64,000 nt of DNA from Candidatus Eiseniibacteriota bacterium. Lineage in GTDB: Bacteria > Eisenbacteria > RBG-16-71-46. The stretch lies in contig CAVUWA010000002.1 of NCBI GenBank assembly GCA_963744995.1, positions 864,001-928,000 on the forward strand. Reading direction: 5' to 3'. The position numbers and the translations under genes are program-made. The notes beneath the pieces are model-generated. The model searched no databases, had not been told where the DNA came from, and saw nothing but the letters and a program-made list of their open reading frames with translations. This document shows positions 27,999-40,208 of the stretch, in pieces. The first letter of the stretch is position 1; the number at the start of each line of letters is the position of its first letter.

Positions 27999-28604
27999 AT
28001 GGCTGATCCCAAAGAGCTGAATCCGTTTCGGCCGCTGGTGGCCGCGCCACGCGACGCTTCGCCGCAGGCGGACCTGGTGATGCCGAAGACGGAAGAAGAG
28101 GCGATGCGCGAGGAGCTCGAGCAGGGCATTCTCTTCACCAGCGTCGAGAAGATGGTCAACTGGGGCCGCGCGAATTCGATCTGGCCGCTGGGCTTCGGCC
28201 TCGCCTGCTGCGCCATCGAGATGATGTCCACGCTGTCGCCGCGGTTCGACCTCTCGCGCTTCGGCGCCGAGGTCATGCGCGCCTCGCCCCGCCAGGCGGA
28301 TCTCATGATCGTCGCCGGCCGGGTCAGCCTCAAGATGGCGCCGGTGCTGCGCCAGCTGTACGACCAGATGCCGGACCCCAGGTGGGTGATCGCGATGGGC
28401 GCCTGCTCGTCGTGCGGCGGCGTGTTCAACAACTACGCGATCCTCCAGGGCGTCGACAAGATCGTGCCCGTGGACGTCTACGTGCCGGGCTGCCCGCCGC
28501 GGCCGGAAGGGCTGATCCACGGCATCATGAAACTTCAGGAGAAGATCATGTCGTCGCGTGTCGCGCTCGGCCCCGCGCCCCGACGGCGGAAGGGCGCTGC
28601 ATGA
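27999..28604 (+). CDS. nuoB: NADH-quinone oxidoreductase subunit B
   Basis: [29 protein letters not shown]. Confidence 0.97.
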   Translation: MADPKELNPFRPLVAAPRDASPQADLVMPKTEEEAMREELEQGILFTSVEKMVNWGRANSIWPLGFGLACCAIEMMSTLSPRFDLSRFGAEVMRASPRQADLMIVAGRVSLKMAPVLRQLYDQMPDPRWVIAMGACSSCGGVFNNYAILQGVDKIVPVDVYVPGCPPRPEGLIHGIMKLQEKIMSSRVALGPAPRRRKGAA

Positions 28605-29167
28605 ACGCGACGATCCACGAGGGGATCCAGAAGCGCCTCGAAGAGGAATTCCCGGACGTCGCGTTCGAACGCCAGACCGGCGAAGCCGTGCGCGACTTCA
28701 CGCTGTACCTTCCTGCCGACCGTCTGGTCGAGGTCTGCACGTTCCTGCGCGACGATCCCGAACTCGACTTCGGCATGCTGTCCTGGATCGGCGGGGTCGA
28801 CATGTTGCCGCGCGAGCCGCGCTTCGAGGTGGTGTACTCGCTGCTGTCGCTGAGCCGGCGCGTGCGGCTGCACCTCAAGGTGCGCGTGAGCGACGAGCAG
28901 GCGCGCGTTCCGAGCGTCGTCGAGGTCTGGCCGACGGCCAACTGGCACGAGCGCGAGACCTTCGATTTCTACGGCATCGAATTCACCGGGCACCCCGAAC
29001 TCACCCGCATCCTGCTGCCCGAGGACTGGGTCGGCTGGCCGCTGCGCAAGGACTCGCCGCTCGGCTACGAAGAGGTCGCGTTCACCCACAACACGCCCGA
29101 CCGCATCAAGCCCTCGCCGGAGCTCAAGAAGCTCGCGCCGAAGAAGGTGACCTACCGTGCGCAGTGA
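28601..29167 (+). CDS. nuoC: NADH-quinone oxidoreductase subunit C
   Basis: [19 protein letters not shown]...RILLP..W.GWPLRKD. Confidence 0.96.
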   Translation: MNATIHEGIQKRLEEEFPDVAFERQTGEAVRDFTLYLPADRLVEVCTFLRDDPELDFGMLSWIGGVDMLPREPRFEVVYSLLSLSRRVRLHLKVRVSDEQARVPSVVEVWPTANWHERETFDFYGIEFTGHPELTRILLPEDWVGWPLRKDSPLGYEEVAFTHNTPDRIKPSPELKKLAPKKVTYRAQ

Positions 29168-30338
29168 GACGATGACCCTCAACATGGGGCCGCAGCACCC
29201 CTCGACCCACGGCGTGCTGCGCGTCGTGCTCGAGCTGGACGGCGAGACGGTGCTCCAGGCGAAGCCGATCATCGGCTATCTGCACACCGGCATGGAGAAG
29301 CAGGCCGAATACAAGACCTACACCCAGTCGATCCCGCAGACCGACCGGATGGACTACCTGGCGCCGCTTTCCAACAACCTCGCCTTCTGTCTGGCCGCCG
29401 AGAAACTGCTCGGGATCGAGGCGCCGCCGCGCGCGCAGGCCGTGCGCGTACTCATGACCGAGCTCACCCGCATCAGCGCGCACTGCGTCTGGCTGGGCAC
29501 GCACGCGCTCGACATCGGTGCGATGACGGTCTTCTTCTACTGCTTTCGCGAGCGCGAGAAGATCATCTCGATCTACGATCAGATCTGCGGCGCGCGCCTC
29601 ACCGCTTCGTACTTCCGCGTCGGCGGCCTCGCCATGGACATTCCCGAGGACGGATTCATCGAACGCTGCCGAAAGTTCATCGACGAGATGCCCGCCCACA
29701 TCGACGAGTACGAGGGGCTGCTCTCGAAGAACCCGATCTGGCTCGCCCGCACGAAGGGCGTGGCGCCGCTGTCGGCGCGCGACGCCGTCGCGCTCGGCGC
29801 CACCGGGCCGACCCTGCGCGGTTCCGGCGTGCAGTGGGACCTGCGCAAGGACATGCCGTACGGGACCTATGACACCTACGATTTCGACGTTCCCGTCGGC
29901 GCGCACGGCGACGCCTACGATCGATACACCGTGCGGGTCGAAGAAATGCGCCAGGCCACGCGCATCGCCGGGCAGGCGCTGGACCGGATCGGCGAGATCG
30001 GTCCCGGCGACTACCGCGTGCGCGACTACAAGTACGTGCTGCCGCCCAAGGAAGAGGTGAAGACCTCCATGGAGGCGCTGATCCACCACTTCAAGATCGT
30101 GGCGCACGGATTCTTCCCGCCGGTGGGCGAGGCGTACCAGGCGATCGAGGCGCCGAAGGGCGAGCTCGGCTTCTACTTCATCTCGGACGGCACGCCGCGC
30201 CCCTGGCGCATGAAGGTGCGCTCGCCGTCGTTCGTGAACCTGCAGTCGCTCGGCACGATGGTGGAGGGCCGGCTGGTGGCCGATGTGATCACGGCGATCG
30301 GCAGCCTGGACATCGTGCTCGGGGAGATCGATCGATGA
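29157..30338 (+). CDS. nuoD: NADH-quinone oxidoreductase subunit D
   Basis: NMGPQHPSTHGVLR, GYLHTGMEK, EAPKGELG, DIVLGEIDR. Confidence 0.97.
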   Translation: MRSETMTLNMGPQHPSTHGVLRVVLELDGETVLQAKPIIGYLHTGMEKQAEYKTYTQSIPQTDRMDYLAPLSNNLAFCLAAEKLLGIEAPPRAQAVRVLMTELTRISAHCVWLGTHALDIGAMTVFFYCFREREKIISIYDQICGARLTASYFRVGGLAMDIPEDGFIERCRKFIDEMPAHIDEYEGLLSKNPIWLARTKGVAPLSARDAVALGATGPTLRGSGVQWDLRKDMPYGTYDTYDFDVPVGAHGDAYDRYTVRVEEMRQATRIAGQALDRIGEIGPGDYRVRDYKYVLPPKEEVKTSMEALIHHFKIVAHGFFPPVGEAYQAIEAPKGELGFYFISDGTPRPWRMKVRSPSFVNLQSLGTMVEGRLVADVITAIGSLDIVLGEIDR

Positions 30339-30838
30339 GCGGCGTCGTGCAGATCGAGACTGCGGAGACGCTCGAGTGGCCCGCGGCGCGGCGCGCCGAG
30401 GTCGAAGCCGCACTCTCGCACTATCCGAACCGGCGCTCGGCGATCCTGCCGGTGATGTGGATCGCCCAGCGGGAGTGGGGCTGGTTGCCCCCGGCCGCGC
30501 TGAAGCTGGTCGCGAAGACGGTCGGTCTGCCGGAGCCGGAAGTGTTCGGGGTCGCCACCTTCTACACGATGTTCAACCTGCAGCCCGTCGGCCGCCATCA
30601 TCTGCAAGTGTGCATGACCCTGTCGTGTTCGCTGATGGGGGCGGACCGGCTGTTCCGCCACCTCGAGCGGAAGCTCGGCATCGGGCACGGCGAGACGACG
30701 CCCGACGGCCGCTTCACGCTGCGCCGCGTCGAGTGCCTCGCGGCCTGCGGCGGCGGACCCTGCATGCAGGTCGGGCTCGACTACCACGAGAACCTCGACG
30801 AGGCGAAGGCCGACGCCATCCTGAAGGAACTGAAATGA
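30335..30838 (+). CDS. nuoE: NADH-quinone oxidoreductase subunit E
   Basis: ATFYTMF, CMTLSC and ECLAAC [2Fe-2S] ligands. Confidence 0.96.
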   Translation: MSGVVQIETAETLEWPAARRAEVEAALSHYPNRRSAILPVMWIAQREWGWLPPAALKLVAKTVGLPEPEVFGVATFYTMFNLQPVGRHHLQVCMTLSCSLMGADRLFRHLERKLGIGHGETTPDGRFTLRRVECLAACGGGPCMQVGLDYHENLDEAKADAILKELK

Positions 30839-32136
30839 GCGACGGCCCGCTGCTTTTCAAGGGCATCGACACGCCCGGCCTCACCGGCCTCGACGTCTAT
30901 CGCCGTCAGGGCGGTTACGCGACCCTGACCGAAGTGCTCGGCAAGAAGCCGCCGGCCGACTGCATCGACGTCGTGAAGGCCTCCGGCCTGCGCGGCCGCG
31001 GGGGCGCGGGCTTCCCGACCGGGCTCAAGTGGAGCTTCGTCCCCAAGGACAGCCCGAAGGCGCGCTACGTGGTCTGCAACGCGGACGAGTCCGAGCCCGG
31101 AACCTTCAAGGACCGCGAGCTGATGACGAAGAACCCGCATCTGCTGATCGAGGGCATGGTCCTCGCGGGCTACTCGATCGGCTCCGCGACGGGCTACATC
31201 TATCTGCGCGGCGAGTTCGACTACATCCAGAAGATCCTCGACCGCGCGATCGCCGAGGCACGCGCGGCGGGACTCGTCGGCCGCAACATCGCCGGCAGCG
31301 GCGTGGACTTCGAGATCTACACGCACCTCGGTGCGGGCGCCTACATCTGCGGCGAGGAGACGGCGTTGTTGTCGTCGCTCGAGGGCTACCGCGGGCAGCC
31401 GCGCCTCAAGCCGCCCTTCCCGGCCGTGGAAGGGCTCTACGCCTCGCCGACCATCGTCAACAACGTCGAGACGCTGATGAACGTGCCGCACATCCTCGGA
31501 CACGGCGCCGACTGGTACCGCCAGTGGGGCACCGAGAAGAGCCCCGGCACCAAGATCCTCAGCGTGTCCGGCCCGGTGAAGCGGCCCGGCAACTACGAGG
31601 TCGCGATGGGCACGTCCCTGAAGACGCTGCTCGAAGAGCACTGCGGCGGGATGCGGGACGGCTGCGGGCTCAAGGCCGTGATCCCGGGCGGCTCCTCGGT
31701 GCCGCTGCTGCCGGCGTCGATGGTCGACACCGGCCTCGACTTCGAGTCGATGGTCGCGGCCGGGACGCTGCTGGGTTCGGGTGGGGTGATCGTGATCGAC
31801 GACCGCACCTGCATCGTCGACGCGCTCTACAACGTCACGCGCTTCTACGAGCACGAGTCCTGCGGCAAGTGCACGCCCTGCCGCGAGGGCACCTACTGGA
31901 TGACCGAGGTGTTCGAGCGCCTGGAGAACGGCAAGGGCCGCGAGACGGACATCGATCTGCTCGCGGACGTCTCGGACAACATCCTGGGCAAGTCGTTCTG
32001 CGCGCTCGGCGACGCGGCGGCGATGCCGGTGCTCGGCGCGATCAAGCACTTCCGCGACGAGTTCGAGTACCACGTGAAGCACGGCAAGTGCATGGTCAAT
32101 CGGCGCAGGGAAGAAATCGCGGGGGTACCGGCTTGA
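30835..32136 (+). CDS. nuoF: NADH-quinone oxidoreductase subunit F
   Basis: GRGGAGFPTG, NADESEPGTFKDR, GAYICGEETAL, ESCGKCTPCREG, FCALGD. Confidence 0.97.
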   Translation: MSDGPLLFKGIDTPGLTGLDVYRRQGGYATLTEVLGKKPPADCIDVVKASGLRGRGGAGFPTGLKWSFVPKDSPKARYVVCNADESEPGTFKDRELMTKNPHLLIEGMVLAGYSIGSATGYIYLRGEFDYIQKILDRAIAEARAAGLVGRNIAGSGVDFEIYTHLGAGAYICGEETALLSSLEGYRGQPRLKPPFPAVEGLYASPTIVNNVETLMNVPHILGHGADWYRQWGTEKSPGTKILSVSGPVKRPGNYEVAMGTSLKTLLEEHCGGMRDGCGLKAVIPGGSSVPLLPASMVDTGLDFESMVAAGTLLGSGGVIVIDDRTCIVDALYNVTRFYEHESCGKCTPCREGTYWMTEVFERLENGKGRETDIDLLADVSDNILGKSFCALGDAAAMPVLGAIKHFRDEFEYHVKHGKCMVNRRREEIAGVPA

Positions 32137-34817
32137 GCCACGTCTCGATCACCATCAACGGCCGCGCCATCGAAGTGCCGAAAGGCACCCTGCTCACCGA
32201 CGCCGCGCGCATGGCGGAAGTCCACGTACCGATCTTCTGCTCGCATCAGAAGCTGCCGCCGCTCGGCGCCTGCCGCATCTGCGTGGTCGAGGTCGGCATG
32301 CCGAAGCGCGACCGCGAGGGCAAGCCGGTGCTCGGCGCCGATGGCCATCCCGAAATCGCGTGGATGCCCAAACCGCAGACGGCCTGCACCACGACCGTCG
32401 CCGAGGGCATGCACGTCCGCACCGAGTCCGCAGGCGCCGTGAAGGCGCGCAAGGGCGTGATGGAGTTCCTGCTGGTCAATCATCCGCTCGACTGCCCGGT
32501 GTGCGACGAGGGCGGTGAGTGTCAGCTGCAGGACATGGCGTTCGCCTTCGGCCACGACTTCTCCCGCATGGACGAGGCCAAGCGCACGTTCGTGTCCGAG
32601 GACCTCGGCCCGGTCGTGAAGAAGGAAGCGAACCGCTGCATCGTCTGCATGCGCTGTGTGCGCTACTGCGACGAGATCATGGGCGACGACGCGCTCACCG
32701 CCCATCAGCGCGGCGTGAAGACCGAGATCTCCTCGTTCAACCGCCAGCCGCTCGAGTGCGAGCAGTGCGGCAACTGCATCGAGGTCTGCCCGGTCGGCGC
32801 ACTCACCGCGCTGCCCTACCGCTTCAAGGCGCGGCCGTGGGACCTGCGCCAGCACATTACGATCTGCCCCTATTGTTCGAACGGCTGCTCGGTGCGGCTC
32901 GGCGTGCGCGGCATGGAGATCCTGCGCGCCCGCGGCACCGAGCATCGCGGCGTGAACCAGGAATACCTCTGCGTCCGCGGCCGCTTCGGCTACGAGTTCG
33001 TGAACAGCCCCGAGCGCCTGGTGCAGCCGCTGGTGCGCGCCGGAGCATCGCTCGCACCCGCCGGTTTCGAAGAGGCGGTGGCATTCACCGCCGCGCGTCT
33101 GCGCGAGATCGTCGTGGAGCACGGCGCCGGCGCGGTGGCGTTCCTCGGCGGCGAGAAGCTGAACCTGGAGGAGCAGTACCTGTTCCAGAAGCTGGCGCGC
33201 TCGGTGCTGGGCACCGCGCACGTGGACGCGCGCACGCGCTTCCCGGTGCGGGTCGGCGGCGCGGCGATCCTCGGAGCCACGGGCGGCGGCCGTCCGGCGC
33301 TGTCCTTCGCGGATCTTCATCGCGCCGAAGAGGTGCTGATCCTCGGCGAAGACCTCCAGGGCGAGGCGCCGTTCGCGCAGGCCGAGCTGATCCGCGGCCA
33401 GCACCAGAAGGGGCTGCACCTCACGGTCGCCCACCCCAGGCGGGTGAAGCTCGCACGCGAGAAGTTCCGCGGCGACTGGCTCGCCGTGAAGCCCGGCAGC
33501 GAGGTCGCGTTCGTGAACGCGCTCACCCGGGCCGCGCTCGAGCTGGGCGACCCGGCCGATCTGCCCGCGGACGTCGCCGCCGGACTCGGTGCGCTCAAGG
33601 GCGGGCTCGAGGCGTTCACGCCGGAGCGGACCGCGGCGGCGACCGGCGTGCCGGCCGAGGCGGTGCGCGCGGCTGCGAAGCGCCTGCGCGAGCGCACCCG
33701 CAAGGCGATCCTGTTCGGGCGCGCGTTCACCGAGCACCCCGAGGCGCCCGCGCTGCTGCAGGCGATCGAGAACCTCGGCTGGGCCAGCGGCGCGCTCACG
33801 GCGGAGCGATCGTCGATCATGTACACGGGCCCGCATCACAACAGCCAGGGCGCGCTCGACATGGGACTCACCCCGGACCTGCTGCCCGGCTACGTGCCGG
33901 TGGGCGACGCCGCGGGGCGCGCGCTTTTCGCACAGCAGTGGGGCGGCCGAATGCCGGAAGCGCCCGGGCTCTCGGCGCCCGAGATCCTGCGCGCTGCGGC
34001 CGAAGGGAAGATCCGCGCGCTGTGGATCGTGGGCGACCACTGGCTGCGAAGCGCGCCCGACCGCGCGCTGGCCGAGAAGGCGCTCGACACCTGCGACCTG
34101 GTGATCGTCAACGAGCTGTTCCTCACCGACACGGCGAAACAGGCGACCGTGGTGTTCCCGGCCGCGGCCTTCGCGGAGAAGGAAGGCGTCACGGTCAACT
34201 GCGAGCGCCGGCTGCAACGCACCGCGCGGGCGATCTCGCCGCGCCGCGGCGCGAAGCCCGACTGGGAGATCTTCCAGGCGGTCGCACGTTCGCTCGGCGC
34301 GGGCTGGTCGTACCGCCAGGCCGAGGCGATCTTCCGCGAGATCGCGCGCCTCGTGCCCGGCTACTCGGGCCAGAGCTTCGCGACCCTGCTGCCGCTCGGC
34401 CCGCAGTGGGCGTTCGCCGCGGGCGCCGTGAAGCCGGCATCGGTCGCACCGGCGCCCGACGGCAGGCCGGCTGCGGGAACGGGCCTGTGGCTGCTGTCCG
34501 GGGGCACGCTGTTCCTCCAGGGCAGCCTGTCCTATCGTGGCGCGCTGCTGCCCCGGCTCGCGAAGCACGCGCGCGCGTTCCTGAACGGCGCGGAAGCGAA
34601 GCGGCTCGGAGTCGCGGCGGGCGCCGAGGTCGAGCTCGAAGGACCCGGCGGCGCGCTGCGCCTGCCGGCGGCGATCGACGACGCCGTACCCGAGGGCAGT
34701 GTGTTCGTGCCGTACGCCTACGCGGAAGTGGAACTCAACCGTCTCGGTATGCCGGGCGGCGCCGGCCTCAAGGTCGGCGTGCGCGCGGCCGGCGTTCCCC
34801 AGACCACGGGAGCCTGA
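32133..34817 (+). CDS. nuoG: NADH-quinone oxidoreductase subunit G, long form with N7-type cluster motif (894 aa)
   Basis: TTG overlaps the nuoF stop. GACRIC, HPLDCPVCDEGGEC, CIVCMRC, CGNCIEVCPVGAL, CPYCSNGC...C, followed by a molybdopterin-oxidoreductase-like domain. Confidence 0.95.
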   Translation: MSHVSITINGRAIEVPKGTLLTDAARMAEVHVPIFCSHQKLPPLGACRICVVEVGMPKRDREGKPVLGADGHPEIAWMPKPQTACTTTVAEGMHVRTESAGAVKARKGVMEFLLVNHPLDCPVCDEGGECQLQDMAFAFGHDFSRMDEAKRTFVSEDLGPVVKKEANRCIVCMRCVRYCDEIMGDDALTAHQRGVKTEISSFNRQPLECEQCGNCIEVCPVGALTALPYRFKARPWDLRQHITICPYCSNGCSVRLGVRGMEILRARGTEHRGVNQEYLCVRGRFGYEFVNSPERLVQPLVRAGASLAPAGFEEAVAFTAARLREIVVEHGAGAVAFLGGEKLNLEEQYLFQKLARSVLGTAHVDARTRFPVRVGGAAILGATGGGRPALSFADLHRAEEVLILGEDLQGEAPFAQAELIRGQHQKGLHLTVAHPRRVKLAREKFRGDWLAVKPGSEVAFVNALTRAALELGDPADLPADVAAGLGALKGGLEAFTPERTAAATGVPAEAVRAAAKRLRERTRKAILFGRAFTEHPEAPALLQAIENLGWASGALTAERSSIMYTGPHHNSQGALDMGLTPDLLPGYVPVGDAAGRALFAQQWGGRMPEAPGLSAPEILRAAAEGKIRALWIVGDHWLRSAPDRALAEKALDTCDLVIVNELFLTDTAKQATVVFPAAAFAEKEGVTVNCERRLQRTARAISPRRGAKPDWEIFQAVARSLGAGWSYRQAEAIFREIARLVPGYSGQSFATLLPLGPQWAFAAGAVKPASVAPAPDGRPAAGTGLWLLSGGTLFLQGSLSYRGALLPRLAKHARAFLNGAEAKRLGVAAGAEVELEGPGGALRLPAAIDDAVPEGSVFVPYAYAEVELNRLGMPGGAGLKVGVRAAGVPQTTGA

Positions 34818-34824
34818 TTCAGGG

Positions 34825-35858
34825 ATGATGCAGATCTGGAGCAACCCCGACTTCCAGTTCGTGTTCTGGGCCCTGGTGAAGATCGTCGTCATCCTCGGCC
34901 TGCTGCTGGGCGTGGTGTCGTACCTGATCTACGTCGAACGCAAGGTGGCGGGGCACATCCAGGCGCGCACCGGGCCCAACCGGGTCGGGCCGCTCGGCCT
35001 GCTGCAGCCGATCGCGGACGTCCTCAAACTGTTCTTCAAGGAAGAGTTCATCCCGGACGAGGCGAACAAGGTCATCTACCACCTCGCCCCCGCGCTCGCC
35101 GTCCTGCCGGCGATGGTGACGTTCTCCGTGGTCCCGTTCGGACCGCAGAGCGCGTTCCTCGTCACCGACATCAATGTCGGGCTGCTGCTGTTCCTCGCCA
35201 TGTCGAGTCTCGGCGTGTACTCGATCACGCTCGGGGGCTGGGCCTCGAACAACAAGTACGCGCTGCTCGGCGGGTTGCGATCCTCGGCGCAGATGATCAG
35301 CTACGAGCTGGCGATGGGGCTCGCCACGGTGGGCGTGCTGATGCTCGCCGGCACGCTGTCGCTGTCGCAGATCGTCCATGCGCAATCGGGGTCGCTGACG
35401 CTGTTCGGGACGCAGATTCCGTTCCTGCAGAACTGGTTCGTGTTCTTCCAGCCGGTCGCCTTCATCGTCTTCATGATCACCGCGCTGGCCGAGACCAATC
35501 GCGCGCCGTTCGACCTGCCGGAAGCCGAAGCCGAACTCGTCGCCGGCTTCCACACCGAGTACTCGAGCATGAAGTTCGGCCTGTTCTTCCTCGGCGAGTT
35601 CATGAACGTGATCGCGATCTGCTCGATCGCGGTCACGCTGTTCCTCGGCGGCTGGAACGGCCCCGGCCCGGCGTCGCTGGGCTTCATGTGGTTCTTCCTG
35701 AAGCTCGCCGTGCTGCTGTTCTTCTTCATCTGGGTGCGCTGGACGTTCCCGCGGCTGCGCTACGACCAGCTGATGCACTTCGGCTGGAAAGTGCTCCTGC
35801 CGGTGACGCTCGTGAACGTCCTGTTCACGGCGTTCGTCATGTTCTGGGGGGCGAACCG

Positions 35859-35862
<4 letters not shown>
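34825..35862 (+). CDS. nuoH: NADH-quinone oxidoreductase subunit H
   Basis: ERKV...[39 protein letters not shown]. Confidence 0.97.
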
Positions 35863-36385
<523 letters not shown>

Positions 36386-36389
<4 letters not shown>

Positions 36390-36688
36390 TTCCGCTCGGC
36401 TGGTCACTCGCCCTGAGCGCGACGCTCTTCGCGATCGGCGTGGTCGGCGTGCTGGTGCGCCGCAACGCGCTCGTGATCTTCATGTCCATCGAGCTGATGC
36501 TGAACGCCGCGAACCTGTTGTTCGTGGCCTTCGGCCGTCAGATGAACGACGTCGACGGACAGGTGATCACGTTCTTCGTCATGGCGGTGGCCGCGGCCGA
36601 GGTCGCCGTGGGCCTGGCCATCATCGTGAACCTGTTCCGGCTCCGCGAAACGGTCTTCGTGGACGAAGTGGACCTTCTGAAAGGTTAG
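36386..36688 (+). CDS. nuoK: NADH-quinone oxidoreductase subunit K
   Basis: RRN...[20 protein letters not shown]. Confidence 0.97.
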
Positions 36689-36697
36689 GCCGCGCAC

Positions 36698-38629
<1,932 letters not shown>

Positions 38630-38633
38630 TCGC

Positions 38634-40208
38634 GTGAACGGCATGCCCTGGCTGTCGATCCTGGTGTTCTTCCCGCTGGTGGGCGCGGCGGTCGTCTGGA
38701 TGCTGCGCCCGGACGCGACGCGGCTGATCCGCGGGGTCGCGACGTTCTTCGCGCTGGTCGAAGTGGCGATCTCGCTGCCGCTCTGGTGGCGGCTCGCCGA
38801 CGCGCAGCCGGGCTTCCGCTTCGTCGAGAAGGCGGACTGGATTCCGGCGTTCGGCGCCCAGTACCACCTCGGGCTCGACGGGATCAGCGGCCTGCTGGTG
38901 CTGCTCACCACCGTGCTGTCGGCGATCGCGATCGTCGGCGCCTATGGTTCGGTGTCGAAGCGCCCGCGCGAGTTCTTCGCGCTGCTGCTCGCGCTCGAGA
39001 CCGGCATGATCGGCACGTTCCTGTGTCTGGACCTCCTGCTGTTCTACGTGTTCTGGGAAGCGATGCTGATCCCGATGTACCTGCTGATCGGCGTCTGGGG
39101 CGGACCGCGGCGCGTGTATGCGGCGGTGAAGTTCTTCCTCTACACGATGTTCGGCAGCGTGCTCATGCTGGCCGCGATCCTGTGGCTCTACTGGCTGAAC
39201 AGGACCTACACCGGTGTCGCGACCTTCGATCTCGAGGCGTTCTACCGCCTGCCGATCGATCCTGCGACGCAGACGTGGCTGTTCCTCGCGTTCGCGCTGG
39301 CGTTCGCGATCAAGGTGCCGATCTTCCCGTTCCACACCTGGCTGCCCGACGCGCACGTCGAGGCGCCGACGGCGGGCTCGGTGATCCTGGCGGCCGTCCT
39401 TCTCAAGATGGGCACCTACGGCTTCCTGCGCTTCGCGATCCCGCTGTTCCCGCAGGCCTCGGCGCAGTTCACGCCGTGGATCGCCGCGCTGGCGATCATC
39501 GGCGTCATCTACGGCGCGCTGGTCGCGATGGTGCAACCCGACCTCAAGAAGCTCGTGGCCTATTCGTCGGTCAGCCACCTCGGCTTCAGCATGCTCGGTC
39601 TCTACGCCATGAACCCGCAGGGATTCGCCGGCTCGATGATGCAGATGCTCAATCACGGCATCTCGACCGGGGCGCTGTTCCTGCTGGTGGGCGTGATCTA
39701 CGAGCGGCGCCATACGCGGCTGATCGCCGACTTCGGCGGGTTGTGGAAACCGCTGCCCGTGTTCGCCGTGGTGTTCATGATCGTGATGCTGAGCTCGATC
39801 GGCCTGCCCGGAACCAACGGCTTCGTCGGCGAGTTCCTCGTGCTGCTCGGCGCGTTCCGCACCAACCACTGGTGGGCGGTGTTCGCGGCGACCGGGGTGA
39901 TCCTGTCGGCCGTCTACATGCTGTGGATGTTCCAGCGCGTGGTGTTCGGGCCGGTGACGCACCCGGAAAACGAGAAGCTGTCCGATCTCAGCATCCGTGA
40001 GCGGCTGGTGTTCGCGCCGCTGCTGGTGCTGATCTTCTGGATGGGCGTCATGCCGCAGCCGTTCCTCGACCGCATGCAGCCGTCACTCGACCGCATGCTC
40101 GAGCTGTCGCAGCATCGCGCGGCGGTCAGCGCCGCCGCATTCCCGCAGGCCACGCCGGCGGACGCGCCGACGGGCGCGACGGGCGCTTCCCAGGGAGGCC
40201 GCCCGTGA
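38634..40208 (+). CDS. nuoM: NADH-quinone oxidoreductase subunit M
   Basis: FWEAMLIPMY, KVPIFPFHTWLPDAHVEAPT, KKLVAYSSVSH. Confidence 0.97.
   Translation: MNGMPWLSILVFFPLVGAAVVWMLRPDATRLIRGVATFFALVEVAISLPLWWRLADAQPGFRFVEKADWIPAFGAQYHLGLDGISGLLVLLTTVLSAIAIVGAYGSVSKRPREFFALLLALETGMIGTFLCLDLLLFYVFWEAMLIPMYLLIGVWGGPRRVYAAVKFFLYTMFGSVLMLAAILWLYWLNRTYTGVATFDLEAFYRLPIDPATQTWLFLAFALAFAIKVPIFPFHTWLPDAHVEAPTAGSVILAAVLLKMGTYGFLRFAIPLFPQASAQFTPWIAALAIIGVIYGALVAMVQPDLKKLVAYSSVSHLGFSMLGLYAMNPQGFAGSMMQMLNHGISTGALFLLVGVIYERRHTRLIADFGGLWKPLPVFAVVFMIVMLSSIGLPGTNGFVGEFLVLLGAFRTNHWWAVFAATGVILSAVYMLWMFQRVVFGPVTHPENEKLSDLSIRERLVFAPLLVLIFWMGVMPQPFLDRMQPSLDRMLELSQHRAAVSAAAFPQATPADAPTGATGASQGGRP

Noticed and set aside
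32133..34817. Calling this gene a formate dehydrogenase alpha subunit
   Set aside because: It has no Cys/Sec-His at the metal-ligand position, no in-frame TGA, and sits in the canonical nuoG slot.
31893..34892. 999 aa antisense ORF and similar long reverse ORFs across the nuo operon and elsewhere
   Set aside because: These mirror genes with strong GC3 bias and carry no motifs. None encodes a hidden NuoI-type ferredoxin motif.
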